Positions 38,237 through 53,999 of a stretch of 64,000 nt of DNA are shown here, piece by piece (the first letter of the stretch is position 1; each line of letters starts with the position of its first letter). A program made the position numbers and the translations under genes. The notes under the pieces are model-generated. The model searched no databases. It was not told where the DNA came from and saw only the letters and a list, made by a program, of their open reading frames with translations. The DNA is taken from NCBI RefSeq assembly GCF_004010195.1, contig NC_057720.1, positions 29,851,631 through 29,915,630 on the forward strand. The letters are read 5' to 3'. The DNA comes from Chiloscyllium plagiosum. Taxonomy: Eukaryota.

Positions 38237-41200
38237 TAAGTGACTTATGCTTATTTGGTCAGAATTACTCAATTTTGCCCATCAAATAGTTCAGATCACA
38301 CCATAAGTCATGGGGTTAATATAAATAATGAATCCAACTCTAGTTTTAATATGCATGTGATTATACTATTTCATATATAGATGGCTGAAGATTCCCATGC
38401 ACCTGAAATTAATGGGTTGTTTAATAAGGGTAGTTTGGACAAGCAAGTCTTATTTCCACTGGATGATAAAAGAGTAAAAGATGACTCAATTAGTACCACT
38501 CCCTCATCTTTCTGCATCAACATATAAATGTACTTCAATCTAATTCTCTTTTGGAAGTTATTATCACATTGGCTAATATTATCCTTTCAAGGGGTACATG
38601 CCATATAATAGCAAATAACTACATAGAATTATTTCTCTCATGTCATTTTTTTGCTAAATAATGTCAATCTACAACTTCTTATTCCTAATCCTTTGCCACT
38701 GGAAATAATTTCTTCTTACTTAATCTTCCAAAATTCTTCATCAGACTTTCACGTAATCTTCTATGTTGTACAGAGAGTGACCCAGGTTTCTCTCCCCTCT
38801 CTACATGACTGAAGTCTTCTTTCCCAGTATCATTCTAATAACTCCCCTTGCATTTGCTCAAAGGCTTTGGCTTCCTTCATAAAGTAGTTAGCAGAATTGG
38901 AAACAATACTCCAGCTTCAGTCTCTCCAGTGCTTTATAAAGGGTGAGTGCAGCTTTGGTACTCTGTTTATAAAACCAAGGATCCTTTTGGATGGAATCTT
39001 CCCAGCCCCATGGGGGCAATGGTAAGAAAGTTGTTAGAATTGCATGAGGTGAGCAGTAATGAGCATCTAGATGTTGAGATCAAATATCCAATTTCCAACC
39101 AAGTGTTGAATGGCAAGATGACATTCTCATTCATGAGAAATAACAGGCCTACTTGTATGTATAAGTATGTATTAACATCTTTAATATTATTTATTTTTCA
39201 CCCCATTGATCTTAGTTTTCCATTTTTCCATCTACTGGATATGTACTAGATGGTGACAATTTTCAATATGAATGACCGTACAACTGCAGCTCACCACTCA
39301 TTCCTCTGACCCTGGACAGCAGTCTTTTATATCTCAGGATATGCTCCAAAGGCAGTGACCACAAAAGTTTGCCACGTTGGGTGCCAACTTCCCTCTGTCC
39401 AACATGTCTGGGACAATTGACAGCAACGGCCCAGGGTAGCTGGCAAGTGTTGGTGTTTGACTGGGTGCATAACCAGGCTTTAAAGATGGTGTCAGTGCCA
39501 GGAAACCAAGTGGCCAATACTTGCAAGTGGGAAGTGGGAAAAAAATATGACAATCAAGGCACTACAGGACATTGGGCATAGGTAATGAGGCACATTTGGG
39601 AAGACTGTGTGAGAAAAGACGTTAGGACTCATGGAGAGAAATCTCCTATGAAATTCACCAAAACTGAGAGTAATTTCTGATAAAATTCAGTCCTATGCCT
39701 TAATATGAGCCTTCTCAACTTGAGTGTACAATGTCTGAAGTTGTGATCGGTTAGAACATTGCTTTATCATCTGGCACACATGGGTTTAAATTCAGTTCAC
39801 ACTGATAGGATGAACATTCCCTCTCCCTGTTGATTACAATAATCTTAAATAAAATGAGTTCGCAGCAGTTTCTAGCTGACAGGAATCCATATCAGAAACT
39901 GTCCATAATTTAATACTATTTGGCATTAAACTGGTAATCTATTATCTTGTGACTGTAACATAATGCTACTTACTATTCAATCCATCAGTGCTGAAATGTT
40001 AAGGATTAACACCAATTCTTTTCCATCTTTACATTTAGTTATGTCAAAACCGCAATACAGAATAGTTAAAAATAAAATGATTGGAAATTGCAGTGTTTCC
40101 AACTAAAAACAATCAATTTAAAGACAGCAGCAATAATATAAAGAAGAAAGTTCCAAACTCAACTTCTTGCATTTAGGATCAATGCTGCACTGCTTCTACG
40201 TGAGTCAATTAAATCCCTTCTGATCCCCTGTCTCACACAGTGCTATTGGATATTATGCTATGGCAACTGAACAGCAACAGGAGAGTCATGTTTCCTGCTG
40301 GCCTCAACTGAAACCCATCAATACAGCCACTGGGCAAGTGCAACTTATTTGGCTGCTTAATGAAATATAAAGATTATTTTAAGCACTGTAAGCAGAATTT
40401 GACAGCCTTAAAAACAGAACCTCCATTTGACAAATGCATTTGTAATTTGAAAAATGCTGTATAGGTTCTTTTCTATAATTGATTTATGTATTTTTAAAAG
40501 GATCTTAAACATGAGCAAGGACTGATTATTATCAGTGTCATTGTAACAAATATTCCTTAACCCTGAAGCTACAGTTATAGCAAAGCTTTCTGATGTCCAG
40601 CATAACATCACTCTCTTCAAGAAGATTTATTTCCCAACAAGTTAACAGATTTATTCTAAATTCCCAGTAGCCAATTAGCTTTAGCAGGAGAGCTGTATTG
40701 TCCCAACTAAGATGGGGTATTAGTTTGAATTTGTAATATATTTGTTTGACAAACATTTTTATGTTCCATTAAAGATTTTGTTGTCCTATTTGTGTACTGC
40801 ATACTTTGTGCATGTTGGCATTGTAAGTTAAATTAGCCTCAAGGTCTTTCATCACTCTGATACCTACCAGTGCACTAGAAATGTTGTCATTTTTTGGAAT
40901 GGTTTGACTTTTTAAAAATTTCTTTCTTCCTCATACTAATTTTCCTCTATGTGACAAACGTGTGGAAACAAAGGTAGAAATCTGCTCCAGGCTCAGTGCT
41001 TACAATGTATTTTAATGCATGAGAGAGCTCCTGGATGTTTTGCTGGCTAGTCAATGGCGCAGCTGAAATCCTACAATCAGTGTACAGGAACTGATAGACA
41101 CAAAACTGAGTCTCACCATTTTATACTGCAGAGTCTTAGTCTGATGAAATTAGTTGTACTATTTATTGTTATTTGAACACTTTCATTCTATCTCATCAAT

Positions 41201-44200
41201 AAAACAAAATTCATGAAATATTCTCAAAAGAAATCTCACTCATAATTTTGTGAGGGTAAAAATGTTATGCATCAAGTTGCTTCTAAAAGTGAAGACTCAC
41301 AAGAAATGTTCTCAAGCAAAAGAATTTTAAAAAGCATAGTTGAGTCACTGCCATTTTAGTGTCCAAACCTTCCCGATCTCACTGACATTCACCACAACTT
41401 TAGTTCAGATCTAACTATCAAATGAAATTTGAACTCAGAACGCTAGAAGCTGACCAACCAGTGTATTCACACTATAAGTTCAGCATTGATATAGAGTGTC
41501 TCTTCCCATCAATGCTATACTTGTACATCTCATATCGAGGCCTGAATCAAGCATGCAGTATTAAGATTTTAACATCCAGATTGGTTTCAAAATGAAGCAG
41601 TTTGCTGGGGTTTTACACTCCACTTATCTTCAGTATTTGGACATGTCTTACCTCTGGATTCAGACTGCACTTTAACTTTGACATTAATGTGAAGCAAAAG
41701 TACATCGTAGCGATGTTCAATTTGAAATCTGAACACATTGTAAGATTTGCAGTGAGATTTCTCTACAGTGCCAAAATCTTTGATACAAGTTAGAGCATTC
41801 CACTCGAACATGACTTAAAACTCTGATCCACAACTGAAATAGTAGGTTGCACCCTGAGGACATTTCTTTTTCAGTTGAAAGTGTATGTGCCCTCTTATAT
41901 AGACAGCTTGCAAATTGGTGTACTGGGAACAGTTGAAAGCAAGGTCAAAGAGCAAATTTAGGAAATTAGAGCTGTAAGTTATGAGTAGAAATTTGTGGAG
42001 CATCACTGGCTTTCACTAGAAAAATCAATTAGAACTGAGTTCCCTGGAGATGCATTCACATACCAGGTATCCATTCTATGATTCTATGATAATTTGAGCA
42101 TTGATATGAAGCAGCTTCTGCTTTAGATTAATGCTATACTTATCAGTCCAGCATCGAGGCAAAGTATGATAAGATAATGCAATATGACTGTGACAATTTT
42201 CAGGGTAGGTGTAGGCTAGTAAAAAAAAACTTCTTGCAATATTTATATTCTCTTGCTGCTGGGAAGCAGTTAGTGTCATATGTCATTTTGTGCATTTTTT
42301 GCTATTTTGACTTTTTTGGTTCTATAATGGGCTCATTGGAATACCAGCTGCCATTTTATACTTGTCTAAGTTAGTGGAAATCTCAAGCTGGACAAAATTA
42401 ATACTGCTGCATCCTACTCAGATATTTCATATTTTTGTCAACAAATTATACATGTAGAGAGAAATTTAGTTATAAGCATTTGTTAAAACGTTCTACAAAA
42501 TCAATTATAAAGTGATTCATATAGAAGTAGGCTTGTACTAGCTGTTTGCAAGAGCTATCCAATTAGCCCCACTTCTCTACTCCTTTGCTGTAATCATTCA
42601 TGTATTCATTTAGTTCCCTTTTGAAAGTCACTACTGAGTCTGTGTTTTTACCACTGTTTCAGACAATCCATTCTGGATTATAACGACTTAATACATAAAA
42701 TTTTCGTTGGCTCTTTTGTCAATTGCCCTCAATCTGCATCTAAGGGGAACTGATTGTTTTTGTCTTTTTTTCCTGTATCAAAGTCCTACGTGATTTTAAA
42801 CATATCTATCAAATTTACAAATAATCTACTCTGTTCTAAGCAGAACAGTTCAGTTTCTCCAGACTGTCCACATAATTGGATCCCTGGTACCATACTGTCA
42901 AACCTCTTCTGCTCACTCCAAATAGCTCAAGGTGTAGCATCCTTGGTTCAAGTTCAACTCCAGAGGTCTGAGCACAGAGCCTGCAATTGTTGCAGATAAA
43001 GGAGGACCTCACCTGCTCTTTCTGCCTCCACAATAAAACATTTTGGGCGTCTTTTATTGAGCAACTTTTCATGGTCTTTTTATAGGTGGTTGGTTGGGCA
43101 GCTCGAGACTTAGAAATACTTTTTGACATGTCTAAAGTGCAAGCCCTGATTAATCTAAACACATGCAGGCATCTGGATTGAAAATCTGTTTGGGAGTTGC
43201 TATTAATTGCAATATCTCTGATGTCTACGATCATATTTGGCTTTCCAAAGGGCATTTGCCAATCAGAAGAGATGCAAAAGAAATGCTGATCCTCTAATAT
43301 TATGACTTTTTATCTTTTATAATAATTTGGAAACACTCCTTGGAACCCATTGTACATATTTGTGGCATCACTGACTTTGGCAAAATACTTTGTAATGCAA
43401 TAGATGGAAAAGAATGTTAATGAGAAATGATTGTTTATCACCAAGAAATATTGCAAACATGTAATATCTAAGCAGAATGTGACTAATCAAAGCAAGTAAT
43501 CAATATTACCAGAAAGACAAGTTGCATAAATGCTTGGAAAAAGTTTAGTACTGCCAGTGGAATATTTGATTTAAATGTAATTACCTAACATGACACCAGT
43601 CAACTATATTTCTAATGGTAGAGCCTACAAGAATTATAGAAGGAGATGATCTCTGCAGGAAAGGAGACACTATACATTGCTTTCAGGGTCAGTAGAGGTT
43701 GCAGTTGTTATGAAAGGACATCAGTGAGACAGATCTCACCTTCTTTGGAATTGATTATAAATACAACTATATCTGAGAAGAATTTTTTTTCAAAATTAGG
43801 TTTGTGATCCAAAATTAAAAGAGCAAAGATTACAGCTATTGAGCCACAAGTAGCCTCTAAACTTTGGCAATTTAGCTCAAATGCCATTCAATTCAGTCCT
43901 GTTTGTGTTGTCTTGTTTTTAATTTGAAAACCTGGTATTAGTGCTCATTTACTCTTATTATGGTAAACTATAAGGAAATTGTACAGGTGACCTTGAAACT
44001 CTACAATACTTATCCATAGTGGCCTGAAAAGACTAAAAGATATGTTACCACATGGTCTGTAAGAGTTTCATATTGAATAATTACATTGAGGAGCTAGTAA
44101 AGGATTGAATGGTTTAGAAGTTAGTGAATAACTGCATGTAGTGGATTATATAACATTGATGCAAATTATAAAACAAAAGCTAGAATTATGGATTCATATG

Positions 44201-45519
44201 TAATTTGATAAATAACAGATTGTTACTGGAGGTTAAAACATTCATCTTTGAGTGAAAATTAAGCAGACTAATGAGATAAAGCTCTCCTCTCACTAATAAT
44301 TATAAGGTTTATAATCAAAATAATTTAGTGGCAGTCTCAAATCAGCTTCAAGTGGACATGAAGCATACTTAGCAACAATTCAATGCAAATTAGCTCCAAT
44401 TTAGGGCCTTAACTCAGGGAGGTTTTGAAAATAAATCTTGTGAGAAATAAAATGTAATATTATTTGAGAAAAAGATAACTTTCTGAGGATGAGCATCATT
44501 GTATGCTGTATGGGCAATATAGAGGATAGTTTGCTTTATTTCTCTGCTGCCTATTATACTTTTCTTGTTGATGCTTGCCATAGAAAACTGGAAATGTTCC
44601 AGGACCAATCCCAACAATACAGATCTTGATGGAGGTAGAAGAATTTGAAAAGAAAACATTGTGCAATTAACAATAAAGTACGAAAGCATAATTCCAAATC
44701 TGTTTTTGAAAAATACACTATGTTCAACTGTTTGATAGCTTGATATGATCTTTGTAAATATAATGTTATAACCTCTCTGAATTGAAAATGTTATGCTGAT
44801 TGTGGTATCCAGATTTGAATGACATTTGCTTTACATGTTATTAGGTGAGAGGGAAAGAACTGACCTTTAATTCCCATTACAGGTGTTGCTTAATGAAAAC
44901 CTGACTCACTTATTACATAACCATTAAAAGAAACACTGATTCAAGTGAAAATGCAACTTCATTTTCTTCAGATTTGGAGCCTACGTCCTGTCATATGGAG
45001 AAATTCCATTCTCAGTTTTTAATTCAAAATTTGGTTAAGGACACTGAATAAAATATTTTCACACATTGTTAAAGCCACACAGTAAGAATGGCACCTAGCA
45101 TGAGTCATATGAAACACAAGTACACTCACTTATCAAAATTTGATTATATTTTTAGTTCAGCAGTCTTCAGGAAATATTTAATTCTTTGAATTTTAATTGC
45201 CAGCAAGAGGTAGCTCCTCAAAAATGCAATGAATGGAGATATAAGGTTACACAAATTGAAGGTATATTGACTGATATTAATGGATTTCTAACTGATTAAC
45301 ATAGCAGGTAAGGGGACTTAATAAGAATGTGTTAATACATTTGTTTGTATGAAATTCTGCTATTTTTAGTAATATTGTACAGTGTGATGTCAGTCTTAAA
45401 GTTACTCAAAGAAGGCAAAGTCACGCTGAATACCAAATCTTCTCCATGAATGTTATAGCATGAAACCTAAGAAATAACATTACATAGATCATAAACAGTA
45501 TTTAATGGACTGAGTCTAA

Positions 45520-45813
<294 letters not shown>

Positions 45814-46329
45814 TAGAAACTTGTAAGTGATTGCAAACAAGAAGTATTGTCAAAGGTAACAGTCAGAAATTATAGATTGAGTTGGTTACAGTATGGATAT
45901 TAGCAGTTAACAAAATTAGCATATTAAATCCAACGCAGATGAATATGTGGTATTGTGTAAAGGAAAGCAAATTAAACAACATGTTGAAATACATAAGAAC
46001 AATGCTAAAAAAGGTGAGCCCAATAAATACAGAGCAGCAACGAAGAAAATTAACAGTATTTTGGAGATATAACATTAAGGAGTGCTTAAAACATTAAAGC
46101 ATTTGTTAAGGTAAAATTCCAGGATGTAGTGGAGGTTTTAAATTATGATTTTGCACCAGTCCTCACTCCAGTAGATAATTCTCCAGTTCCACAATGTACA
46201 ATTGACTCTAAACTGAAAATCTCAAAATGGATATAGATACAGTCTTAAATAGGAAACATGGTCTCAAAACTGGACAGCAGATTTATTATTACATGTTTAT
46301 TGTCCTCATTGAGGTTGAATTTTTTCCCC

Positions 46330-47110
46330 ACCTGAAAAACCTAGAGGACTTTGGACATTTTCAATATGGCTTCTGGCAAAGGAGATTTTGGCTTATTAGT
46401 TGATTAGGAGGTTGTTGGATTAAAAGATGGGACGTCTGGGTGATACCATGTGCTTGGATTTCCATAAAGTTTTCAATAAGGTGCTACACAATAAGTTACT
46501 CAGAAGTAGAGAATTTGGGATTGGTAAGGAAACCTGCGACAAATTAGGAACTTTTGCATTCTTGAAGGCACAAGGTTCTAATTATAATGGTTCTGTAGGA
46601 GAGCAACATGGATTGGAGATAGGACTGTTGACATTCATACTCGTTATTGATAATTTGATAAAGGCAATGGGTGAGCTGTCCACAAGTTCATAAATGATAC
46701 AAATGTTTACAAATGTTTTAGAATTTTGACAAAATTACTAGAATTAGATAGGGATGTGATAGGGAAATGGGCAAATGTCTGGAAAATGTTATTACATACA
46801 TATAAAAGTATTGTTCCTCAGATGGATAAGATTCACAGCACCTTATGCATATCTGAGCTAAAAAGCTGTTGACAAGGGGGAAAAAAATCTGCTTGTTGCA
46901 ATCCATGAATTTCTAAGGATTCACAACAGTGCCAGGAACCAAACAGTATGGGGATGTATGATTAGAGTGCTTAAATATTTTTTTAAAAGCCTCCATTGTC
47001 CTTGTATAAAATATATCTATGCTAGTGCCCAGTTTTGATCCCCTCATATTGTAAATGTCATAGATGACTTGTAAAAGGTTCAGAGGTACATCATGAGATT
47101 GATTTCTAGT
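46330..47110 (+). mobile_element. Very old CR1 reverse-transcriptase remnant
   Basis: It encodes DTMCLDFHKVFNKVLHNKLL, resembling the CR1 motif YLDFxKAFDKVPHxRLL. Confidence 0.55.
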
Positions 47111-47689
47111 TTAAAACAAAAGCAGCAGTAAAATAGGACAATGCCCCAAAGGCATCTCACAGAATGGTAATCAGACTAAAATTGACCAAAGGAGCCAACA
47201 AGCTAAGAAAGAGCCACTGGGACAAAGAATGTTAGATATCATGGTAGAATACAAAGACCCAGCATTTTCAGACCATAAAGCATAGGAGCAGCTGTAGCCC
47301 ATTCAGCCCAATGAGTCTGTTCTGCCATTCAGTGTCTGATCTGATAATCCTCAAATCCACCTTCCTGGCCTTATAATAATAACCCTTGGTTCTTTTACTG
47401 ATTAAAAAGCTGTCCATCTCAGCCTTGAGTATACTTAACCCAACATCTACAGTCGTAAAGAAGTCACAGATTGATTAACCTCTGAGGGGAAAAAAATGAC
47501 CTTATTTCTTTCTTATCACCTAAGCTCAAGGAAAGCATGGAAATTAAGGACATTTGAATTACTTCAAACACAGAAAGCACCAAACAGAGTCCATGTAGCT
47601 TGATTATTTGAATTAGAAGCTTAGGGAAAATCAAGTGATGTGCATATCATAGAACCAGGATCAATGATAGGAGGATTTTCTTTTGCCAA

Positions 47690-48005
47690 GAGTCATACAG
47701 TCATAGAGATATATAACACATAAACAAACCATTCAGTCCAACTTGTCCATGCTGACCAGATATCCTAAATTAATCTAGTCCCATTTGCCAGCACTTGGCC
47801 TATATCCCTCTAATCCCTTCCTATTCATATACACATCCAGATGCCTTTTAACTGCTGTAATTGTACTATCCTCCACCACTTCTTCTGGCAGCTCACTCTG
47901 TAACACATACCACCCTCTGTGTTAAAAGTTTGCCCCTTATATCACATTACATCTTTCTTCTCTCACCTTAAATTAGTTTTAAATGCCCCCACCCGTGAGA
48001 AAAAG
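47690..48005 (-). mobile_element. CR1 LINE 3' end
   Basis: It begins AGAGTCATACAGTCATAGAG and is similar to 62140-62450. Confidence 0.8.
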
Positions 48006-50442
48006 AGTCATCAGGTTTGGAACAAATTGTAAGTTAATAAAATGTGAACTTGCAGCAGCGTTCTAAAAGGAACGGCGAATGTTCCTGGCTGTGGATGATC
48101 TCGCTCTGTGCAAGAAGTGAATTCTGGTCTCATTGTCATCCTGGTCTCCTGGTACATTTTATGATTGACATCAAAAGTCAGAGAGGAATTCCTCAGATTT
48201 TGTTTGGCCAAGGAATTTTGACCTGTTCCATTTCCCCTCCCAAGAAGTTATGTGACACATTGGGTAGCATGCTGCTCAGGTGGGCCATGACGGTTGAAAC
48301 ATTCTTGCTGGACCATTGGCTCTTTTCTTGTCAAGTTTATACATTCATATGGAAAAAGTAAGCTCAATATTCCATGACATTAATGAGTAACATTAGGGCA
48401 AAAGGTTATAGATTCAATGTAGTAAACTGTAAGCCATATGAGGAGATTGTTCTATGTGCAAAGAGTGGCCAACATGTAGATTATATAGAATAGACCTTGA
48501 GGAAAAGAAGTGGAAGTGAAATTTTGGGGTCAATTAAAACACAATCCAATGATGAAACCGAGGGATTAGGATCCCTTCAGGGAGATGAACTCAATGGTCT
48601 AAATTGTCTTCTTCATCCTTGATGAACTGTGAATTTCTATTTGATTGTGAAACAATAACATTGATTTTAATTTCCTGAAATGCCAGCAAATGGGTGTTAA
48701 AGGGTCAGCTGATTATTATATACTCCTTATTATTTTCCTTTCAGCATTTCAAGTTTGTAAAGAGAAAGGCAAGTTGGAGATTTTTTTGTTGGCAAATGGG
48801 CTGAGGGATGAATGGAGACAGACTATATTAATGAAGATGAAAATAGGTGGGGTTTTTTGTGATGGAAATTGTATAGAATCACAGGCTCTGCTCTGGATCG
48901 AAGAGGGCACTGAGGTTGTAAATGGTCTGGAGAGGTAGATGTGGACAAAGGATTGGAGTTGATAACAAGAGAATACAGTATCAGACAGTCATAAAATTAA
49001 AGATCAACTGGATGCCATCAACTTAGGCATGAAAGCTGATCTTCTGTTTGATATTGCCAAAGAACAGCCTGTTAGGAGGAAAAAGGAAGTGTTGAGAATT
49101 AATCATAATACAATTCCAGAGGTGGGAGCAATATGGAGCCACACTGTCTAGATAGCTAGAAAAGAAGTAATGGAGAACAAAGAAGAGACATTAACTGAGG
49201 ATGATGTGACCGACCTCACTGAAACCTGAACAGACATCAAAGACGAAGGAGAAAAATAATGCATCAAAGTCACAGAATTCTTAATCTGCAAAGTTGTTTA
49301 GAGCCAATTCCCATCTATGCAAGGAGTGGAAACTACTTGGGAGAATTCAAATGGAAAGTGGCAGAGCTGTTTATGTGCATCCAGAAGGTGACAGCAAAGT
49401 CAATTGCTTTAGAGATGACAGAGAGTTGGGGATTAATTTGTTAGTTAGTGAAGATAAATATGTCAAGGAGTACAATGAGGGAAATGCTTTTGAAAGGGAG
49501 AGGAAAATGCCTGAGGAGAGAGGACATTTTGCAATGTCAGTTTATATAGGTCAAGGAAGGGAAGATGGTTGATAGTATGTGATGGAAATGCATCAAGAAA
49601 GCAGGAGTTAACAGCATTCCCATATGGCAGGGAGGGGTGGAGAAAAGGCCGAGATAGATTAAATATTTTAAAAATGCATACATTCTCATACATTGCTAGA
49701 GAAGAATGTGGAGGAGGCAAGGAATAGGTGATAGAGAAAAGGAATTTAGAAATATCTTTGCCCTACTAATGATCTATTTAGGTTTAATAAAGCATGAAAA
49801 ATTATATTGGCAACTCCCATGTGCAATAAATGCTGGCCTAGCCAGTGATGTCATATCCCATGAGTGAAGTTTAAAAACGTATAATCCATAGCTGTAGTAA
49901 AATTTCCTCAGACAACAAATATAATTTATTCTGAGACTTTATTGCTGTTGTGATTCAAGTGTTCCACAAAAACATCTTCTGCCATTGGCCTTAAAACTTC
50001 AACAGTAATGAATTCACAACAGAAAGAATTTCCAAATCAATCTTTGGAAAATAGCAATGCAATAAAACTGAATGAATACACTGGAAAATTGCATTAGAAT
50101 ACTTAAGTGGTTATTTTTGACTAGCCCAGCCTCAATAAGCCAAAGGACCTTTATTGTGCTGATGACCTTTATGGACAGTGTGACTCTAAAAAGTGGTGCC
50201 AAATGATATAACAAGCCAACAAGATGAGAAGGAAAAGTTGAGTACAAGTCAACTGCAGAGCATTTTCTGAGAATCACTAGAAAGAAATTGCAATTGATAA
50301 GCCAGCTGCTAATGGCACCAAGGTATGATATAAGGCAACATAATTGAAAGCCACATGATTATGAAAAGATTTGTTGGTAAATGAATTAGAACTAAAATTA
50401 AAATTAGCTTTATTGTCACATATACGCAAATGAGTAAAGTGA

Positions 50443-50850
<408 letters not shown>

Positions 50851-51159
50851 TAAAACAATCTGGTTTATTAGAAACTGGCTGATAACTACAGTTGCCCAAT
50901 TTATTGCCAATAATTTTTATAGTTTTAAAACATTTTATATATTCAGTTATTTTCCCACAATTAATCAGTCTAGATACTGGTCCTTACATGGCAGCTTTGC
51001 TTCTTGCATTAGGTAATGAAACCAGTGTAATTACCATTTTTATGGAAATATGTTCAAATTTCATGAATTTCTTTTCATTCATGTTGTTTCCTTCCATATC
51101 CAAAGACATTTTCCACCAGAAGGCAAAATAGAATTGTTATATGAGGCTGGGAGCCTTTG

Positions 51160-51495
51160 GGGTGGGGGTGGGGGTGGTTTGCGGTGGAGAGATAAATGGA
51201 AGGGGAGTGAGGCTGGGGAGAAGGTAGCTGAGAGTGCAATAGGTGGATGGAGGTGGGGGTAAAGGTAATAGGTCTGAGGGGAAGGTGGAGCAGACAGGTG
51301 GGAAGGAAGATGGACAGATGGGACTCGTCATGAGGACGGTGCTGACCTGATAGGTTGGAACTGGGATAAGGTGGAGGGAGGGGAAATGAGGAATCTGGTG
51401 AAATCCACAATGATGGCATAAATGTGGACCTGCTGTGCTTTTCCAGCACCACACTCTTGACTGTAATCCCCAGCATCTGCAGTCCTCACTTTTGC
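51160..51495. mobile_element. PLE fragment: minus-strand 3' region joined to a plus-strand tail
   Basis: The purine-rich tract is the diverged reverse complement of 56690-56885 and encodes IIVDFTRFLIS on the minus strand. It then switches to GACCTGCTGTGCTTTTCCAGCACC...CCAGCATCTGCAGTCCTCACTTT. Confidence 0.7.
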
Positions 51496-51639
51496 CATGA
51501 GGATGCAAATCCTACCTGCTCCAAGGGAGTGTTATAAAATCTACAAATAAAGTGATTAGAAAATACAAAGACTATGGTGACTTTACCTTTTATTGTATGC
51601 CCCTATTTAAACACATGTAAGTTTAGTTAACAATCTATC

Positions 51640-51826
51640 ATACAGTCATAGAGTCATTGAGATGTACAGCACAGAAACAGCCCCTTCGGTCCAACCCGTC
51701 CATGCCAACCAGATATCCCAACCCAATCTAGTCCCACCTGCCAGCACCCGGCCCAAATCCCTCAAAACCCTTTCTATTCATATACCCATCCAAATGACTT
51801 TTAAATGTTGCAATTGTACTAGCCTC
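51640..51826 (-). mobile_element. CR1 LINE 3' end
   Basis: GTCATAGAGTCATTGAGATGTACAGCACAGAAACAGCCCCTTCGGTCC... is the reverse complement of 34390-34572. Confidence 0.85.
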
Positions 51827-52039
51827 CCCTGCCCCCAATCCAGGTCCCTCAGTTCCTGCACTCTCATTAGAATTATAGATAGTTGTTAAACCTTACATCC
51901 TTTCTGCACATTTTTCCTACCAGAATGAATCACTTCAGGCTTCTCTATATTAAATTTCATCTGCTACCTCTCCACCCATCTCACTAACTTATTGGCATCC
52001 TTATGAGGTGCTACACTACCTTCCGAGTAGTGTTGTCAA

Positions 52040-52550
52040 ATGAAGAAACCTAGGGCTTCAGGTAGATGATTCCTTGAAAGTTGCATCACAGGTAGACAGG
52101 TGGTTAAGGAGGCATTTAGCATGCTTGCCTTCATTGCTGAGACCACTGACTACAGGAGTTCGGACATCACGTTAAGGTTGGAAAGGACATAACTGAGGCA
52201 ACTTTTAGAGTACTGTGTTCAGTTCTGGTTACCCCGTGATAGGAAGGATATTATTAAATTGGAGAGGATTCAGAAAAGATTTACCAGGATGTTGCTAGGA
52301 CTAGAAAGTTTGAGTTATGAGGACAGGCATGGATTTTTTCCACTGGAACAAAGGAGGTTGAGGGGTGACCTTATAGACATTTATAAAATAATGAGGGCTA
52401 TAGATAAGGCAAATAGCAGAAGTGTTTTCCCTCAGGTCAGAGAGTTCAAAACTAGGGGGCATGTTTTTAAGATGAGAGGAGAAAGATTTAAAATGGACCT
52501 GAGGGGCAACGTTCGTACACAGAGGGTGGTTTGTGTGTGGAATGATCTTT
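52040..52550 (+). mobile_element. CR1 LINE fragment
   Basis: It encodes ERIQKRFTRMLLGLESLSYE...RRLRGDLIDIYKIM...QRVVCVWN. Confidence 0.88.
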
Positions 52551-53155
52551 TGGTCTAACTTGTCCATGCTGACCAGATATCCCAAACCAATCTAGCCCCA
52601 CCTGCCAGCACCAGGCCCATATCCCTCCAAACTTTTCCTATTCATATACCTATCCAGAGCCTTTTAAATGTTGCAATTGTACTAGCCTCCACCACTTCCT
52701 CTGGCAATTCATTCTATACATGCTCCACCCTCTGCATGAAAACTTTGCCCCTTAGGTCTCTTTTATATCTTTCCCCTCTCACCCTAAACCTATGCCCTCT
52801 AGTTCTGGACTCCCCCACCCCAGGGAAAAGACTTTGTCCATCTATCCTATCCATGCCCCTCATGATTTTATAAACATCTATAAGGTCACCCCTCAGCCTC
52901 CACTCCTGTACTCAATACTCTGACCAATAAAGGAAAGCATACCAAACGCCTTCTTCGCTATCCTATCTACCTGCGACTCCACTTTCAAGGAGCTATGAAC
53001 CTGCACTCCAAGGTCTCTTTGTTCAGCAACACTCCCTCGGATCTTACCATTAAGTGTGTAAAGTCCTGCTAAGATTTGCTTTCCCAAAATGCAGCACCTC
53101 GCATTTATCAAAATTAAACACCATCTACCACTTCTCATCCCACTGGCCCAATTGG
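52551..53155 (-). mobile_element. CR1 LINE fragment, internally deleted
   Basis: It closely matches parts of 62170-62858 and encodes EQRDLGVQVHSSLKVESQVDRI. The segment between EYRS and the RLRGDL motif is missing. Confidence 0.88.
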
Positions 53156-53322
53156 TGAAGTTCCCGTTGTAATTTAAAAGACATTTGGACAGGTGCATGA
53201 ATAGGAACGGTTTAGAGGGCTTTGAGCCGAACACAGGGAAGTGGGGCTAGTTTAGTTTGGGAAAACTTGCTTGGCATGGGTCGAGTTCGACGGTAGGGCC
53301 TGTTTCCGTGCTGTATGACTCT
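53156..53322 (+). mobile_element. CR1 LINE extreme 3' end
   Basis: TTTAAAAGACATTTGGACAGG...GGGCCTGTTTCCGTGCTGTATGACTCT. Confidence 0.8.
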
Positions 53323-53415
53323 AAGTATTGTGTGGTCCGCAACCTTTGAACTTGTGCCCTCCACACTGCAGTGTGATGGTTTGGGTTTTGCCATGTCTTC
53401 CTCGAATGTTTCCAG

Positions 53416-53770
53416 GTATGGTTTAAAAACCGCCGCGCCAAGTTTCGAAAGAAGCAACGCAGCTTGCAGAAAGAGCAGCTCCAGAAACAGAAAGAGGCCG
53501 AAATGAGCCAGGAGGAGACGAAAGCCGAGAAACCAGCCACAGAAACTCAGGGCTGCTCAGAAGTCAGCGAGCCACGCAGTGCTGGCGGCGAGCCGATTAA
53601 CATCGAGTTAAATGTCACCTCGGCCGAGCAGTCAGACAGTGAATCATCAGCAGAGGAGCGGACAGACAGAGAGCGAGAGTATAAATCGCCGGCAGAGGAG
53701 TTTAAGCAAGAGAAGAGCTGCAGCCCCGACAGCAAACCAACAACCTGCAAACGGGGAAGCCCGAAATCAG
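53416..53770 (+). CDS. dmbx1: dmbx1 coding exon 3 (VWFKNRRAKFRKKQRSLQKEQLQKQKEAE...CKRGSPKS)
   Basis: Acceptor TTTCCAG ends at 53415. WFKNRRAK is a K50 recognition helix. Donor CAG|GTAAAG follows 53770 (355 nt, phase 1). Confidence 0.96.
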
Positions 53771-53999
53771 GTAAAGATGTGCTTTCTGTTTGTATCTGCG
53801 TGATGGGGAGGAGACTGAAAGCTGGTTAACTTGCGGTTCAAGTGCATTTGCAACGTTTGTCATTTGATTAGATCTCAGAACCAGGCTCTCTGACTCTTGC
53901 TCCGACCCAGAGAAGGAATAGCTTTCAATCAAATTCACGGGGCTCCTGCCAGGTTCCAATTAATTTGTTTGAAAATGATGTTAAATTGCAAACCTCCCA